From contig JAXDQU010000118.1 of the NCBI GenBank assembly GCA_034667685.1, forward strand, positions 17,493 through 81,492: 64,000 nt of DNA, in the 5' to 3' direction. Below the pieces are notes generated by a model. It had not been told where the DNA came from. It saw only the letters and a program-made list of their open reading frames with translations, and searched no databases. Shown here piece after piece: positions 28,045-38,108 of this stretch; position 1 is the stretch's first letter, and every line of letters starts with the position of its first letter. This DNA comes from Thermoplasmata archaeon. Lineage in GTDB: Archaea; Thermoplasmatota; SW-10-69-26; JACQPN01; JAJPHT01. The position numbers and the translations under genes were made by a program.

Positions 28045-28974
28045 GTGGAGGTCGCGGCAAACTACCCGCGACGTAAGCCCGGGCAGGGTGAAATCGAAAG
28101 CTTGACTCTCCCCGCTTGGGCTGCCGCGGTCTTGCAGGCGGACTTCTCGGAATCCACCTTCGGATTCGGCGTGGCACACGCGATCCAGCGCGTCGCTGAC
28201 ACCAGCAAGATGGGGCCACCCATCTTCCCCTCCCTGCGGCAGGAGAAACGCCTCGGCTTCGACGTGGCCTTCCCCGGCCTTCACTTGTTCCTTCAGTTCA
28301 AGCTAAGCCAACGCATGACGCGGGCGAACGCACTCCAATGGAAAAGCCACTGGAACAAGGAATACCTCCGCTTCGACCTGCGCCACAAGTCGCCCCGCGA
28401 CTCGCAGCACAACCTCCTCGCGCGCTTCAGCGCGTCGTTTCCTTACTTCATCGTCCGCTACTGCGCACCCCTGTTCGTCTCAGGACGCGACTTCACGACG
28501 TACCACGTCCGCCGGACTCTGTTGGAAAACTGCCTGTGGCTCGACCCCGCCCGCCTCGGGACGCTGAAGGACCGTGATCGGCATTGCGTGACGTTCCTCC
28601 GCGACGCCTCCGGCGTGACCTACCACCGGCACTCGGAAGAAGAAACGGGCGGACGAGCCGCCTTCGCGGAAGAGGACTTGCGGGGCGCCATCGCACAGCA
28701 CACTGAAACGCACCCGCTGGAGCGCCGCCGCATCGACGCAAGCGAAATCCGGCGCGTCCACGGTACGCTTCTTCAGATGGCGCAGGAGCGGTATCACCAG
28801 CTCGCAGAAACGGGCACGCGAGCCGAGCGGAAAATGGCAACCGAACGCCTCTCAGTCTTGGGCGAGCCTCGGACGGACGTGAAGCCGCGGGAGCTTGTGG
28901 AACGGATTTCGCTCCTGGCGAGCGTGGAGCTTGGCGCCGAGTGGATCATCCTCCCCGACACCGGGGAAGCTTAG
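28045..28974 (+). CDS. Putative PD-(D/E)xK (D...QxK) nuclease
   Basis: FSE, PSLRQEKRLGFDV, LFLQFK, QH, VRYCAP. Start may be TTG near 28132. Confidence 0.6.
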   Translation: MEVAANYPRRKPGQGEIESLTLPAWAAAVLQADFSESTFGFGVAHAIQRVADTSKMGPPIFPSLRQEKRLGFDVAFPGLHLFLQFKLSQRMTRANALQWKSHWNKEYLRFDLRHKSPRDSQHNLLARFSASFPYFIVRYCAPLFVSGRDFTTYHVRRTLLENCLWLDPARLGTLKDRDRHCVTFLRDASGVTYHRHSEEETGGRAAFAEEDLRGAIAQHTETHPLERRRIDASEIRRVHGTLLQMAQERYHQLAETGTRAERKMATERLSVLGEPRTDVKPRELVERISLLASVELGAEWIILPDTGEA

Positions 28975-29050
28975 GGGTGATTCGGTCGCCGGGCAGCCGA
29001 CCGCTTGCCCCCAAGCAGGCTTTTAGACCCGATGTTTTCCCTTCTGCGTC

Positions 29051-29281
29051 GTGGCGAGCGCGGAGGCGCGGGTATCCACTGAGTCCGGGCGAGCGCACGC
29101 CCACGCCGTCAGCATCCTGGCGCGCGAAGCCGTCGCCCTGGCGCGCGAAATCCAGCACGGCCTTCCCCACCCCGACCCCGCCGTGGAGCACGCCGCCGCC
29201 CTCGCCCGTGAGACGGCCGCGACCCTGGAAGTCCTCTGCCAAGGCCCCGCCTGCCCCTCCGAAGCGTACCGGGAAGCCTAG
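29051..29281 (+). CDS. Small hypothetical helical protein
   Basis: Good GC3 codon bias; last ORF before the right TIR. Confidence 0.35.
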   Translation: MASAEARVSTESGRAHAHAVSILAREAVALAREIQHGLPHPDPAVEHAAALARETAATLEVLCQGPACPSEAYREA

Positions 29282-29440
29282 CCGCGATCAGCGCCGCCAG
29301 CGTCGCCTTGGCCGTCGCCAAGCAGGCCCTCGCGGACCAACGCAACCCGCCCCCGACGCCGACCTGCCGGCTTCAGGTGGAATAGCCCCCGGCGCGCCGC
29401 CCCCTGGGGGCACCCATGAACCTTTCCACTCCATCGGGGC

Positions 29441-29473
29441 TTTCGGGTCAGCCCGGCGTTTTTCGGGTCGGCG
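29441..29473 (+). repeat. Right subterminal repeat block
   Basis: TTTCGGGTCAGCCCGGCGTTTTTCGGGTCGGCG; two TTTCGGGTC units 20 bp apart. Confidence 0.8.
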
Positions 29474-29478
29474 GTGAG

Positions 29479-29493
29479 TTTAGGGTCAGAGCC
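29479..29493 (-). repeat. Right terminal inverted repeat
   Basis: TTTAGGGTCAGAGCC followed by the TSD AGACGCGCA. Confidence 0.93.
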
Positions 29494-29554
29494 AGACGCG
29501 CAGGAGAATGCTTATGGCCGCCCCAGGTTACTCCGCGGCCCCGGAGGCTGCTCC

Positions 29555-30958
29555 ATGCGCCTGATCGTCCTCGTCGTCGCGGCGCTGCTCACCCTCCCCG
29601 CCATCGGCAGCATCGGCCCGCAGGCGCGCCCCGCGCAGAAGGACGACCCCTTGGCCGACGTCCCGGATGGCGAGCTGATCCGCCTCCTCGCGCTGCACGA
29701 AGGCATCCAGGCCCGCCACGAGCCCCCCGCCCTCGTTCCTCCCGGCGCCACCGTCGCCTCCCTGGGCGCCAAGCTCGCAAGCCGCGTCGGCATCCCCGAG
29801 ACGCCCGCCGACTTCGCCGGCTTCGCCACGCTCGACCCGCGCGTCGCGGGCCCGCTCCTCGCCGGCCTCGCGGGCGTCGACCGCGCCTGGGACCTCCGCG
29901 ACCTCGCCTTCGCCAAGCTCACCCGCGCCCAGCAGGTCCGCCTCGAAGACCTCGCCCTCGCCCACCAATTCGACAGCGAAGAATACGCCCAGCTCGACGC
30001 CCAGGTCGACAAGGCCGCCCTCATCGACAGCGCCATCGTCCTCGCCGACACCCTCGAAGGCATCGTCATCCCCGAACTGAAGGCCGCCATCGACGCCGGC
30101 GCCTGGCCCACCACCCCCCTCGCCGACCCCGGCGTCCAAGGCATCGGCATCCTGCGCCTCGGCGGCGCAGCAGGCGGTGAGACCGAGACCGTCGACCGCG
30201 TCCTCCAGATGGACCCCCACGGCGGCGACACCTACCTCAACAACGCCGGCGGCACCACCTTCTACAAATATCTCAACGCGCTGGGCACCCAGCTAACACC
30301 CGGGATCCTCGTCTCCGCGAGCGTGCACTTCGAAGGGCATGACGTGTTCCGGGCGCAGAATCTGTACACAACCACCTGCTGCCCATCGCAAGGTGGTGCG
30401 CTGGCGGGGCCGGCGATGCTTCTGGATTTGGGCGGAGAGAGCTCATATTCGTGTGGTCAGTACTGCCAGGGCGGCTCGGGGCAGGGCCCCGCAGTGCTGC
30501 GGATCTATCAAGGAAATGCGTCATTCGTAGTCGGGCCGTTCAGCGCTGGCGGCGCGGCTGGCCCGAGTCTATCCCCTGTTGCCGGGAATATCGGAATTCT
30601 AAGGCATGACCGAGGAATGACGACGCTAGACACCGATTCCGAATCCGCTGGCTGGGCGGGGGCTCCAGGCGCGATCGGACTGCTCTGGCTGGGCACCGGC
30701 GAGAAGTCCTACAAGATGCGCTTCGACAACTATGACCTCCTCGGGTATAGTGCAGCAGGTGGAGATGGCTGGCTTTTGGACGAGGGCTCAGGCCCAGCCG
30801 TGTTCGTTGATGGGGAAGGTGCCCCATTCAATATTCGCTGTCAGGACTGCATCATGCGCAACGGCGCCCCCTCTCCCATCGATGGTACCGTCCATGGCAT
30901 CTTTTCTGACAACAGCGGTGGGCTCGGCGAGCTCCTCCAAATCGGCTATCTCAACTAA
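29555..30958 (+). CDS. Secreted protein with DxxGxDxY-type Gly-rich repeats
   Basis: Signal peptide MRLIVLVVAALL; GGAGG SD; DPHGGDTYLNNAGG, LLDLGGESSY. Confidence 0.7.
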   Translation: MRLIVLVVAALLTLPAIGSIGPQARPAQKDDPLADVPDGELIRLLALHEGIQARHEPPALVPPGATVASLGAKLASRVGIPETPADFAGFATLDPRVAGPLLAGLAGVDRAWDLRDLAFAKLTRAQQVRLEDLALAHQFDSEEYAQLDAQVDKAALIDSAIVLADTLEGIVIPELKAAIDAGAWPTTPLADPGVQGIGILRLGGAAGGETETVDRVLQMDPHGGDTYLNNAGGTTFYKYLNALGTQLTPGILVSASVHFEGHDVFRAQNLYTTTCCPSQGGALAGPAMLLDLGGESSYSCGQYCQGGSGQGPAVLRIYQGNASFVVGPFSAGGAAGPSLSPVAGNIGILRHDRGMTTLDTDSESAGWAGAPGAIGLLWLGTGEKSYKMRFDNYDLLGYSAAGGDGWLLDEGSGPAVFVDGEGAPFNIRCQDCIMRNGAPSPIDGTVHGIFSDNSGGLGELLQIGYLN

Positions 30959-31024
30959 CACGGCCTGAGGCCCCAAGGGCCGCGATCGCACCTTTGATCC
31001 GTTACCGGACCCATCGGGGAGCCA

Positions 31025-34000
31025 TTGGCGGCTTCGTTTGTCCTGGAGTCTGTTATCGTAGCGATGATCATGATCGGCAGCGTCGTCTACGTCTCGACGC
31101 TGGATGCTCCCGTGAATCGCGAGGAGGCCATCGACGCCGATCTTCGGCAGGCTGCCATCGACTTCCTGAATACAGCGAACGACGAGCCCCTCCCCCCGTC
31201 CGCATGCGGGGGCTCGACCAATCTTGAGCAACTCGTGATAGACGGTTTCCGCGGGAACGACAAGGCCTGGGATGCTCGGCGCGACCTCTTCTTCGCCAAG
31301 GGTGTCGACGCCGATATGTATCTCGACAACGGCTACGGGCTGTATCCGCTTCACGCACGCGGGGATTTCATGGGGACTACAGCGGACGTCACAGTCCAGC
31401 CCAATTTCTCGTATGTCTTTCACACGCCTCAATATGATCCTCTTACTGGAACAGAGAATTTCCGATCGCGGGAAGCGACCATCATGCACTCGAAATTGGC
31501 GCGCATTTCGGGTGACGCCGGGCTGACTACTGTGCTATCTTCAAATGCGGCCGGTATCACAATGGAAGTTAGTGCTGCGTTTCCCATCGCTGTCAATCGA
31601 AGCTCGACTGGGGTTTCGGCCTTGGATTGGCTGGACTATCAAGGCTCGCCTAGGTCAATCCTCGGGGCATCTGCAGGATCGGCGTCCACCCTTTACCTCA
31701 GGGCACGGCCCGGCCCGTCGAATGTCATTCCAGCGGGATCGACAGTCCGGCTCTCGCTTTTTCCTGGGTGGCGCGCGGAGCCAACGGCAGCTGCTGGATG
31801 GCGCGTGGATGTAGCAAATGGAGAGCCGTCATTTGTCGCAACGGACGACCTCGTCGGATCGCACGTTATGAAAGTCGAGGTCGTCGCCCCCTCCACCCCC
31901 CTTCACCCCTTCGACGTCATCCGCGCGCAGGCTTACAACAGCAGCTTCGCGCATGCGGATCTGGTCGTGCAGTATCAGGTGAGCACAGACTCGACCCTCC
32001 CCAGACAGCTCTACCTGACGACGCCGTATCCGGTCTTCCGGGGGCAGGATGCAGATTTCGCGGTGACGCTCGCGAACGGCGCGGAGAACGTGACGGCGCG
32101 GAACGTGACGATCGCGATCCCGGGCGGGTACGATGCGGCGCACAATGGGAGCCGCGGGGCGGAGCTGTTCAACGACACGGTGTGGGATGCGGGGGCGGGC
32201 GCGTGGGTGCCGCGGACGATCGACTCGGGGGACGGCGGCGTCTGGACGGTGTGGGACAAGCGCCATGCGTCGTGGTCGGGCGTGCGCGAGGTGGCGCCCT
32301 TCGAGGCGCAGGCGTGGTCGGTGAGCCTGCCGATCACGGACGCGCCGGAGGTCGTCACGTCGGTGGACGCGACGTTCCACGCGCTGCCGGGCGTGAACGT
32401 GACGTTTCCCAACGGGTTCAGCGAGGGCGCGACGCAGTGGGGCGCGGTGCCGGGGCTCGTGTCGCTCGACGTGCCCAACGAGACGGTCGACGCGCTCGCG
32501 GCGCCGCCCCGCGGGAACGCGGACGGCTATCCGCACGACGCGGGCGCGACGTCGGGCGCGTTCACGCTGCGCTCGACGGCCTCTCGCGCGCCGCCCGCGC
32601 TCTCGGGCTCGTACGGGCTCGCGGCCGCGGATCCGCACGCGGCGCAGACGGAGTCGAGCCTGGCGAACTCGACGTTCGGCGTCTCCTCGCACGTGGCGCG
32701 GCTGGGCACGGACGTGACGCTCTCGGGCGACGTGCAGAGCCTCGTCTCGTCGCTGCCGCCCGAGGCGCTGGGCAGCGCGCGGCTCGGCCTCGACCTCTAC
32801 GCGCCCCCGAGCCTGGGCTGCGCGCCCACGGCCAGCTTCGCGTGGAACGTCAACACGCTCCCCGCGCCGCAGGTCAACGACCTCGCCGTCTGGCATGCGG
32901 GCGGCGCGGCCGGTGATATCGTCTTCGTGGCGTCGAACGACAGCACGGTCTATGAGGTCCTGCCGGGCGGCGCGCCGGGCTGGAAGCTCCAGCCGCCCGC
33001 GGCGCCCGCGCGCCTGGCGCTGGACGCGGTCGCGGGGCGCGAGGTGCTCTTCGTGGCCGACCAGGGCGGCGCGCTGAGCGCCTACGACGCGGCGGACGCG
33101 ACCCCGCTCTGGACGACGCGCATCGGCACGGGCGCCCCACAACCGCCCCTGCCCAACGCGACCACGGGCGTGCTGCTCGCCGCGGCCGGCCCGACGATCG
33201 CGCGCCTCGACGAGGCCACCGGCGCGATCCTGGCAGCCGGCGCGAGCGCGGCGCCGCTCCTGGACCAGATCGCGCTCGGGCCCGACGGGGGCGCGTTCGC
33301 GCTCTCGACCGACCCGACGCGCGGCATCTCCACGCTGGAGCGCCTCGACGCGAGCCTCGTCGCGCGGGCCAGCGCGCGGGTCGACGGCGCGGGCTTCGCC
33401 GTGGGCTCGGCGGGTGTGCTATCACTGGGCGCGGTCGGCTCGGGATCGTCCCTGGGCTCGCTCGCGGTCACGCTCCTCGATCCCCAGACGCTCGCGCCCC
33501 TGCCGCCCACGGGCGCCGAGGTGCCGCTGCCCTGGCGCGCGGTGGCGGGCGACGCGACGGGCGACGGCGTGCCCGACCTCGTCGTGGCGGCCAACGACGG
33601 CCAGCTCGACGCCATCGACGGCGCGACGGGACGCGAGGCATGGCGGCTGGAGACGAACGCGCTGCGCGGATCGCTCCTGGGCGAGGGGCCGCTCTCGGGG
33701 CAGTACGGCGGAGGCTCGGGCGGGCTGCCCTGGCCCACCGAATGCGTCGTCGGGTTCCGCGCCTTCAGCGTCAGCGAATCCCAGGCCACGGGCTGCGTGG
33801 GCATGCAGGTGGACGAGCTCGCCTTCCAACCGCTGCTGACCGTCGCGGCGCGCGGCCACACGCTCTACGTCGTCGGAAGCGAATCGAGCAACCAGGCCAT
33901 CGCGCTCCTCCTCGACGCCCACGGCAACGTCTCGTGGCGCAAGGGCACCACGTCGGGCTTCGTCACGACGGCAGGCCTCCTCGACGCGTACGCGGGGACC

Positions 34001-34312
34001 GAAGCCACGCTCCTGGGCGTGCAGGACGGCACGGTCGACGCCTACGCCGACACGCCCGACGCCGCCACGCTCCTCGCCGCGCACCCGAGCAGCGCGGTGG
34101 GCTCGTTCGTCTTCCCGCTCCACGTGCCCGCCGGCGCGGCCTTCGGCACGCACCTCGTCACCGCCACGCTCACCTGGCAGGACGCAGGCGGGACGCCGCA
34201 CCGCGCGCAGATGCTCGACTGGTTCGACGTCGTGGACCCGCAAGGGAACCCGGTCGACGAGCCCTTCTACCGCGTCGCGCTCGTGCTGGCGGACCGCGCC
34301 CACGCAGGCTAG
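31025..34312 (+). CDS. Large surface protein: pilin-like N-terminus, beta-sandwiches, PQQ-like propeller with FG-GAP motif
   Basis: SFVLESVIVAMIMIG N-terminal helix; AYDAADATPLW, AIDGATGREAW, GDATGDGVPDLVV. Confidence 0.7.
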   Translation: MAASFVLESVIVAMIMIGSVVYVSTLDAPVNREEAIDADLRQAAIDFLNTANDEPLPPSACGGSTNLEQLVIDGFRGNDKAWDARRDLFFAKGVDADMYLDNGYGLYPLHARGDFMGTTADVTVQPNFSYVFHTPQYDPLTGTENFRSREATIMHSKLARISGDAGLTTVLSSNAAGITMEVSAAFPIAVNRSSTGVSALDWLDYQGSPRSILGASAGSASTLYLRARPGPSNVIPAGSTVRLSLFPGWRAEPTAAAGWRVDVANGEPSFVATDDLVGSHVMKVEVVAPSTPLHPFDVIRAQAYNSSFAHADLVVQYQVSTDSTLPRQLYLTTPYPVFRGQDADFAVTLANGAENVTARNVTIAIPGGYDAAHNGSRGAELFNDTVWDAGAGAWVPRTIDSGDGGVWTVWDKRHASWSGVREVAPFEAQAWSVSLPITDAPEVVTSVDATFHALPGVNVTFPNGFSEGATQWGAVPGLVSLDVPNETVDALAAPPRGNADGYPHDAGATSGAFTLRSTASRAPPALSGSYGLAAADPHAAQTESSLANSTFGVSSHVARLGTDVTLSGDVQSLVSSLPPEALGSARLGLDLYAPPSLGCAPTASFAWNVNTLPAPQVNDLAVWHAGGAAGDIVFVASNDSTVYEVLPGGAPGWKLQPPAAPARLALDAVAGREVLFVADQGGALSAYDAADATPLWTTRIGTGAPQPPLPNATTGVLLAAAGPTIARLDEATGAILAAGASAAPLLDQIALGPDGGAFALSTDPTRGISTLERLDASLVARASARVDGAGFAVGSAGVLSLGAVGSGSSLGSLAVTLLDPQTLAPLPPTGAEVPLPWRAVAGDATGDGVPDLVVAANDGQLDAIDGATGREAWRLETNALRGSLLGEGPLSGQYGGGSGGLPWPTECVVGFRAFSVSESQATGCVGMQVDELAFQPLLTVAARGHTLYVVGSESSNQAIALLLDAHGNVSWRKGTTSGFVTTAGLLDAYAGTEATLLGVQDGTVDAYADTPDAATLLAAHPSSAVGSFVFPLHVPAGAAFGTHLVTATLTWQDAGGTPHRAQMLDWFDVVDPQGNPVDEPFYRVALVLADRAHAG

Positions 34313-35742
34313 AACAACGTCGCCTGCGCCGTCTTGCGCGTGACCTCGCCGGGGATCTCGACCGGGTAGATGCCGGTGAGGCAGCCGGTGCAGAGGTTGC
34401 GGGGCTCGTGGCCGATGGCGGTCTGGAGGCCGTCGAGCGAGATGTAGCTGAGCGAGTCGGCGCCGATGAGCTTGCGGATCTCGTCGATGCTGTGGTTGGC
34501 GGCGACGAGTTGGGTGCGCGTGTTCATGTCGATGCCGAGGTAGCAGGGCGACTTGATCGGCGGGGAGCCGATGCGGACGTGGACTTCGGCGGCGCCTGCG
34601 TCGCGCAGCATCTGGACGATGCGGCGCATGGTGGTGCCGCGGACGATGCTGTCATCGACGAGGACGACGCGTCGGCCGCTGACGACGGCGCTGACGGGGT
34701 TGAGCTTCATGCGCACGCCCATGTCGCGGGCCTGCTGGCTGGGCATGATGAAGGTGCGGTGGACGTAGCGGTTCTTCATCAGGCCTTCGGCGAAGGGGAT
34801 GCCGGAGGCGCGGCTGTAGCCGAGGGCGTGGGTGCGTCCGGAGTCGGGGACGGGGACGACGACGTCGGCGTCGGCGGGCGCTTCCTTGGCGAGGAGCTCG
34901 CCGATCTTGGTGCGCACGTCGTGGACGGGGCGCTGGTCGATGACGCTGTCCGCGCGCGCGAAGTAGACGTACTCGAACATGCAGTGGGCGACCTCGTGCT
35001 GGTTGAGGTCGGGGTAGGACTTGACGCCCTGGGCGGAGATCTCGAGGATCTCGCCGGGCTTCACGTCGCGGACGAGCTTGGCGTCGAGGATGTTGAGCGC
35101 GGTGCTTTCGGAGGCGACGACCCAGCCGTTGCCGTCGCGCAGCTCGCCGTAGCAGAGGGGCTTGATGGCGAGCGGGTCGCGCACCGCGTAGACCTTCTCG
35201 CCGAGCAGGATGACGAAGCAGTACGAGCCGGTGAGGTGCTTCATCACGCTGCGGATGGCGCGCGGCACGTTCTCGGTCTGGGTCAGCTCGTTGGCGAGGA
35301 GGCGCACGGCGACCTCGGTGTCGTTGGTGGTGAGGAACGCCCATCCCTTGGCCTTGAGGTCCTCGCGCAGGACGGCGCTGTTGACGACGTCGCCGTTGTG
35401 GGCGAGGGCGAGGGTGCCGCGTTGGCCTTCGACGACGACGGGCTGCGCGTTGTCGAGGTGGCTTCCGCCGGTGGTCGCGTAGCGCACGTGGCCGATGCCG
35501 ACGTGGCCGGTCAGCTCGGCGAGCGTCTCGGGGGCGAAGATGGCGTCGACGAGGCCCATGGCCTTGCGGGTGCGCGTGGCGCCCCCGTCGTGGACGCTGA
35601 TGCCGCCGGATTCCTGGCCGCGGTGCTGGAGCGCGTGCAGCCCGTAGTAGAGAAGGGGCGCGGCGGGGACCTTGGCGGCGACGCCCACGACGCCACACTT
35701 GTCCTGGAAGACCTCCTCGCCGTCGGCAAGCTCGGGGTCCAA
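34309..35742 (-). CDS. purF: Amidophosphoribosyltransferase
   Basis: Propeptide then CGVVG, LQHRGQES, IGHVRYAT, CMFEYVYFAR, VLVDDSIVRGTT, CYLGIDM, CTGC. Confidence 0.97.
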   Translation of the reverse strand: MDPELADGEEVFQDKCGVVGVAAKVPAAPLLYYGLHALQHRGQESGGISVHDGGATRTRKAMGLVDAIFAPETLAELTGHVGIGHVRYATTGGSHLDNAQPVVVEGQRGTLALAHNGDVVNSAVLREDLKAKGWAFLTTNDTEVAVRLLANELTQTENVPRAIRSVMKHLTGSYCFVILLGEKVYAVRDPLAIKPLCYGELRDGNGWVVASESTALNILDAKLVRDVKPGEILEISAQGVKSYPDLNQHEVAHCMFEYVYFARADSVIDQRPVHDVRTKIGELLAKEAPADADVVVPVPDSGRTHALGYSRASGIPFAEGLMKNRYVHRTFIMPSQQARDMGVRMKLNPVSAVVSGRRVVLVDDSIVRGTTMRRIVQMLRDAGAAEVHVRIGSPPIKSPCYLGIDMNTRTQLVAANHSIDEIRKLIGADSLSYISLDGLQTAIGHEPRNLCTGCLTGIYPVEIPGEVTRKTAQATLF

Positions 35743-35775
35743 TCAGTGCCCTCGGCGGCCCATGTCCGCTTCCCC

Positions 35776-35824
35776 TATAAAAAGCGGGGGGCGGCCCCTC
35801 GGGGCAGGCGAACCGCTTTTATAG
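35776..35824. promoter_or_regulatory. Divergent TATA boxes for purF and hsp20
   Basis: TTTTTATA on the minus strand (35783-35776); purine-rich BRE-like stretch then TTTTATAG (35817-35824) on plus. Confidence 0.65.
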
Positions 35825-35847
35825 AAGTCCTCGTTTAGGGGCGCTCG

Positions 35848-36468
35848 GTGAGCCCGGTGACGCCCCCCGAGGATCCCTTCGACGCCTGGCGCAAGCGCGG
35901 CCTCAACCCGCGCGACCTGCCGGCCTTCTTCGCGGAGTTCGAGAAGGAGTTCCCGGACTTCTTCCGCGACTTCGAGCGCGAGTTCGCGCGCATGTCCGGC
36001 ATGATGGAGCGTGTCATGGAGGACGCGATGAAGCACGCGAGCAGCCCCCGGCGCGGGGAGCCCTTCGTCTACGGCTTCAGCATGCGCGTGGGCTCGGACG
36101 GCGTCCCGCACCTGACCCCCTTCGGCTCGGCGATCAACCAGACGCCGATCACGCCCGAGGGCGGCGAGATCGACGCGACCGCGCTCCCCGCCGCCCGCGA
36201 GCCGTTGAGCGACGTCATCGAGTCGGACGACGAGATCACCGTCACGGTCGAGCTGCCCGGCGCCGAGAAGCAGGACCTCCAGCTCCACGTCGCGGAGGAC
36301 CTCGTCACGGTGAAGGCGGAGAAGGGCCGGCGCTACGCCGCCCGCATCAAGCTACCCGCGCTGGTCGAGCCAAGCTCGGCCAAGGCCACGTTCAAGAACA
36401 GCATCCTGGACCTGGTGCTGCGCAAGAAGCCCTCGCAGACCGCGGGGGCGAAGGTCCACATCGAGTAA
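35848..36468 (+). CDS. hsp20: Archaeal small heat-shock protein Hsp20
   Basis: [36 protein letters not shown]-terminal VHIE. Confidence 0.93.
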   Translation: MSPVTPPEDPFDAWRKRGLNPRDLPAFFAEFEKEFPDFFRDFEREFARMSGMMERVMEDAMKHASSPRRGEPFVYGFSMRVGSDGVPHLTPFGSAINQTPITPEGGEIDATALPAAREPLSDVIESDDEITVTVELPGAEKQDLQLHVAEDLVTVKAEKGRRYAARIKLPALVEPSSAKATFKNSILDLVLRKKPSQTAGAKVHIE

Positions 36469-36488
36469 CATTCGCAAGGTGAACGAAC

Positions 36489-38108
36489 ATGCAGGGCAAC
36501 CAGCCGATCATCATCATGAAGGAAGGCACGACGCGGACGAAGGGCCGCACCGCGCAGAGCAACAACATCCTCGCGGCGAAGGCCGTGGCGGAGGCCGTGC
36601 GCAGCACGCTCGGCCCGAAGGGCATGGACAAGATGCTCGTGGACAGCATGGGCGACGTCGTCATCACGAACGACGGCGCGACCATCCTGAAGGAGATCGA
36701 CGTCGCGCACCCCGCGGCGAAGATGATCATCGAGGTCGCCAAGACCCAGGAGAACGAGGTCGGCGACGGCACCACGACCAGCGTCGTCCTCGCGGGCGAG
36801 CTGCTCCGCCAGGCTGAGGACCTCATCGAGGACGTCCACCCCACGATCATCACGCAGGGCTACCGCATGGCGGTGGGCAAGGCGCTCGAGATCCTCAAGG
36901 GCATCGCCCACACCATCAAGCCCAACGACAAGGACATGCTCCTGCGCATCGCGCGCACGTCCATGGCCAGCAAGGGCGCGTCGGCGTACAGCGACGTGCT
37001 CGCGGACGTCACCGTGCGCGCGGTCCAGGCGGTCGCGGAGCATGGCGCGGACGGCAAGTGGGTCGTCGACAAGGACGCCATCAAGATCGAGAAGAAGACC
37101 GGCGGCTCCGTCCAGGACACCGAGCTGGTCCTGGGCGTCGTGCTCGACAAGGAGCGCGCCCACACGCGCATGCCCAAGACCGTGCGCAACGCCAAGGTCG
37201 CCCTCCTCAACGCCGCGCTGGAGATCAAGAAGACCGAGGTCGACGCGAACATCGAGATCACGGAGCCCAGCCAGTTCCAGGCCTTCCTCGACGAGGAGGA
37301 GCGCACGATCCGCAAGTTCGTCGAGTACGTCAAGAACAGCGGCGCCAACGTCGTCTTCACCCAGAAGGGCGTCGACGACCTCGCGCAGCACTTCCTCGCC
37401 AAGGAGAGCATCTTCGCCGTGAAGAGCGTCGCGGAGAAGGACATGAAGAAGCTCGCCCGCGCCACCGGCGCCAAGATCGTCAGCAACGTCAAGGAGCTCA
37501 CCAAGGACGACCTGGGCCAGGCGGGCCTCGTCGAGCAGCGCAAGATCGGCGACGACGAGCTGACCTTCATCACCGAGTGCCCCTCGGCGAAGGCCGTCAC
37601 CATCCTCTGCCGCGGCGGCACCGAGCACGTCATCGACGAGGTCGAGCGCACCCTCGACGACGCGATCGGCGTGGTCACCACCGCGATCAAGGACGGCCAG
37701 TTCGTCGTGGGCGCCGGCGCCCCCGAGATCGAGGTCGCCCTGCACCTGCGCAAGTACGCCGCCACCGTGGGCGGCCGCGAGCAGCTCGCCATCGAGGCGT
37801 TCGCCGACGCCGTCGAGATCATCCCGCGCACCCTCGCCGAGAACGCGGGCCTCGACGCCATCAACGCGCTCGTGGACCTCCGCAGCGCCCACGAGAAGGG
37901 CCAGAAGCACGCGGGCATCAACCTCGACAGCGGCAAGGTCGAGGACATGCTCGCCCACAACGTCATCGAGCCCCTCCGCGTCAAGACGCAGGCCCTCCAG
38001 AGCGCGACCGAGGTCGCCACCATGATCCTGCGCATCGACGACGTCATCGCCGCCAAGGAGTTCGAAGCTCCGAAGGGTGGCGGTGGCGGCGAGGACATGG
38101 ACTTCTGA
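36489..38108 (+). CDS. ths: Thermosome subunit (group II chaperonin)
   Basis: [33 protein letters not shown]. Confidence 0.98.
   Translation: MQGNQPIIIMKEGTTRTKGRTAQSNNILAAKAVAEAVRSTLGPKGMDKMLVDSMGDVVITNDGATILKEIDVAHPAAKMIIEVAKTQENEVGDGTTTSVVLAGELLRQAEDLIEDVHPTIITQGYRMAVGKALEILKGIAHTIKPNDKDMLLRIARTSMASKGASAYSDVLADVTVRAVQAVAEHGADGKWVVDKDAIKIEKKTGGSVQDTELVLGVVLDKERAHTRMPKTVRNAKVALLNAALEIKKTEVDANIEITEPSQFQAFLDEEERTIRKFVEYVKNSGANVVFTQKGVDDLAQHFLAKESIFAVKSVAEKDMKKLARATGAKIVSNVKELTKDDLGQAGLVEQRKIGDDELTFITECPSAKAVTILCRGGTEHVIDEVERTLDDAIGVVTTAIKDGQFVVGAGAPEIEVALHLRKYAATVGGREQLAIEAFADAVEIIPRTLAENAGLDAINALVDLRSAHEKGQKHAGINLDSGKVEDMLAHNVIEPLRVKTQALQSATEVATMILRIDDVIAAKEFEAPKGGGGGEDMDF

Larger units (their letters stand above)
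10688..29493. mobile_element. 18.8-kb cargo-carrying unit transposon (IS5/IS903-like SWIM-DDE transposase)
   Basis: TIRs GGCTCTGACCCTAAA (10688-10702) and TTTAGGGTCAGAGCC (29479-29493); TSD AGACGCGCA at 10679-10687 and 29494-29502; one internal transposase; lower GC inside. Confidence 0.9.
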
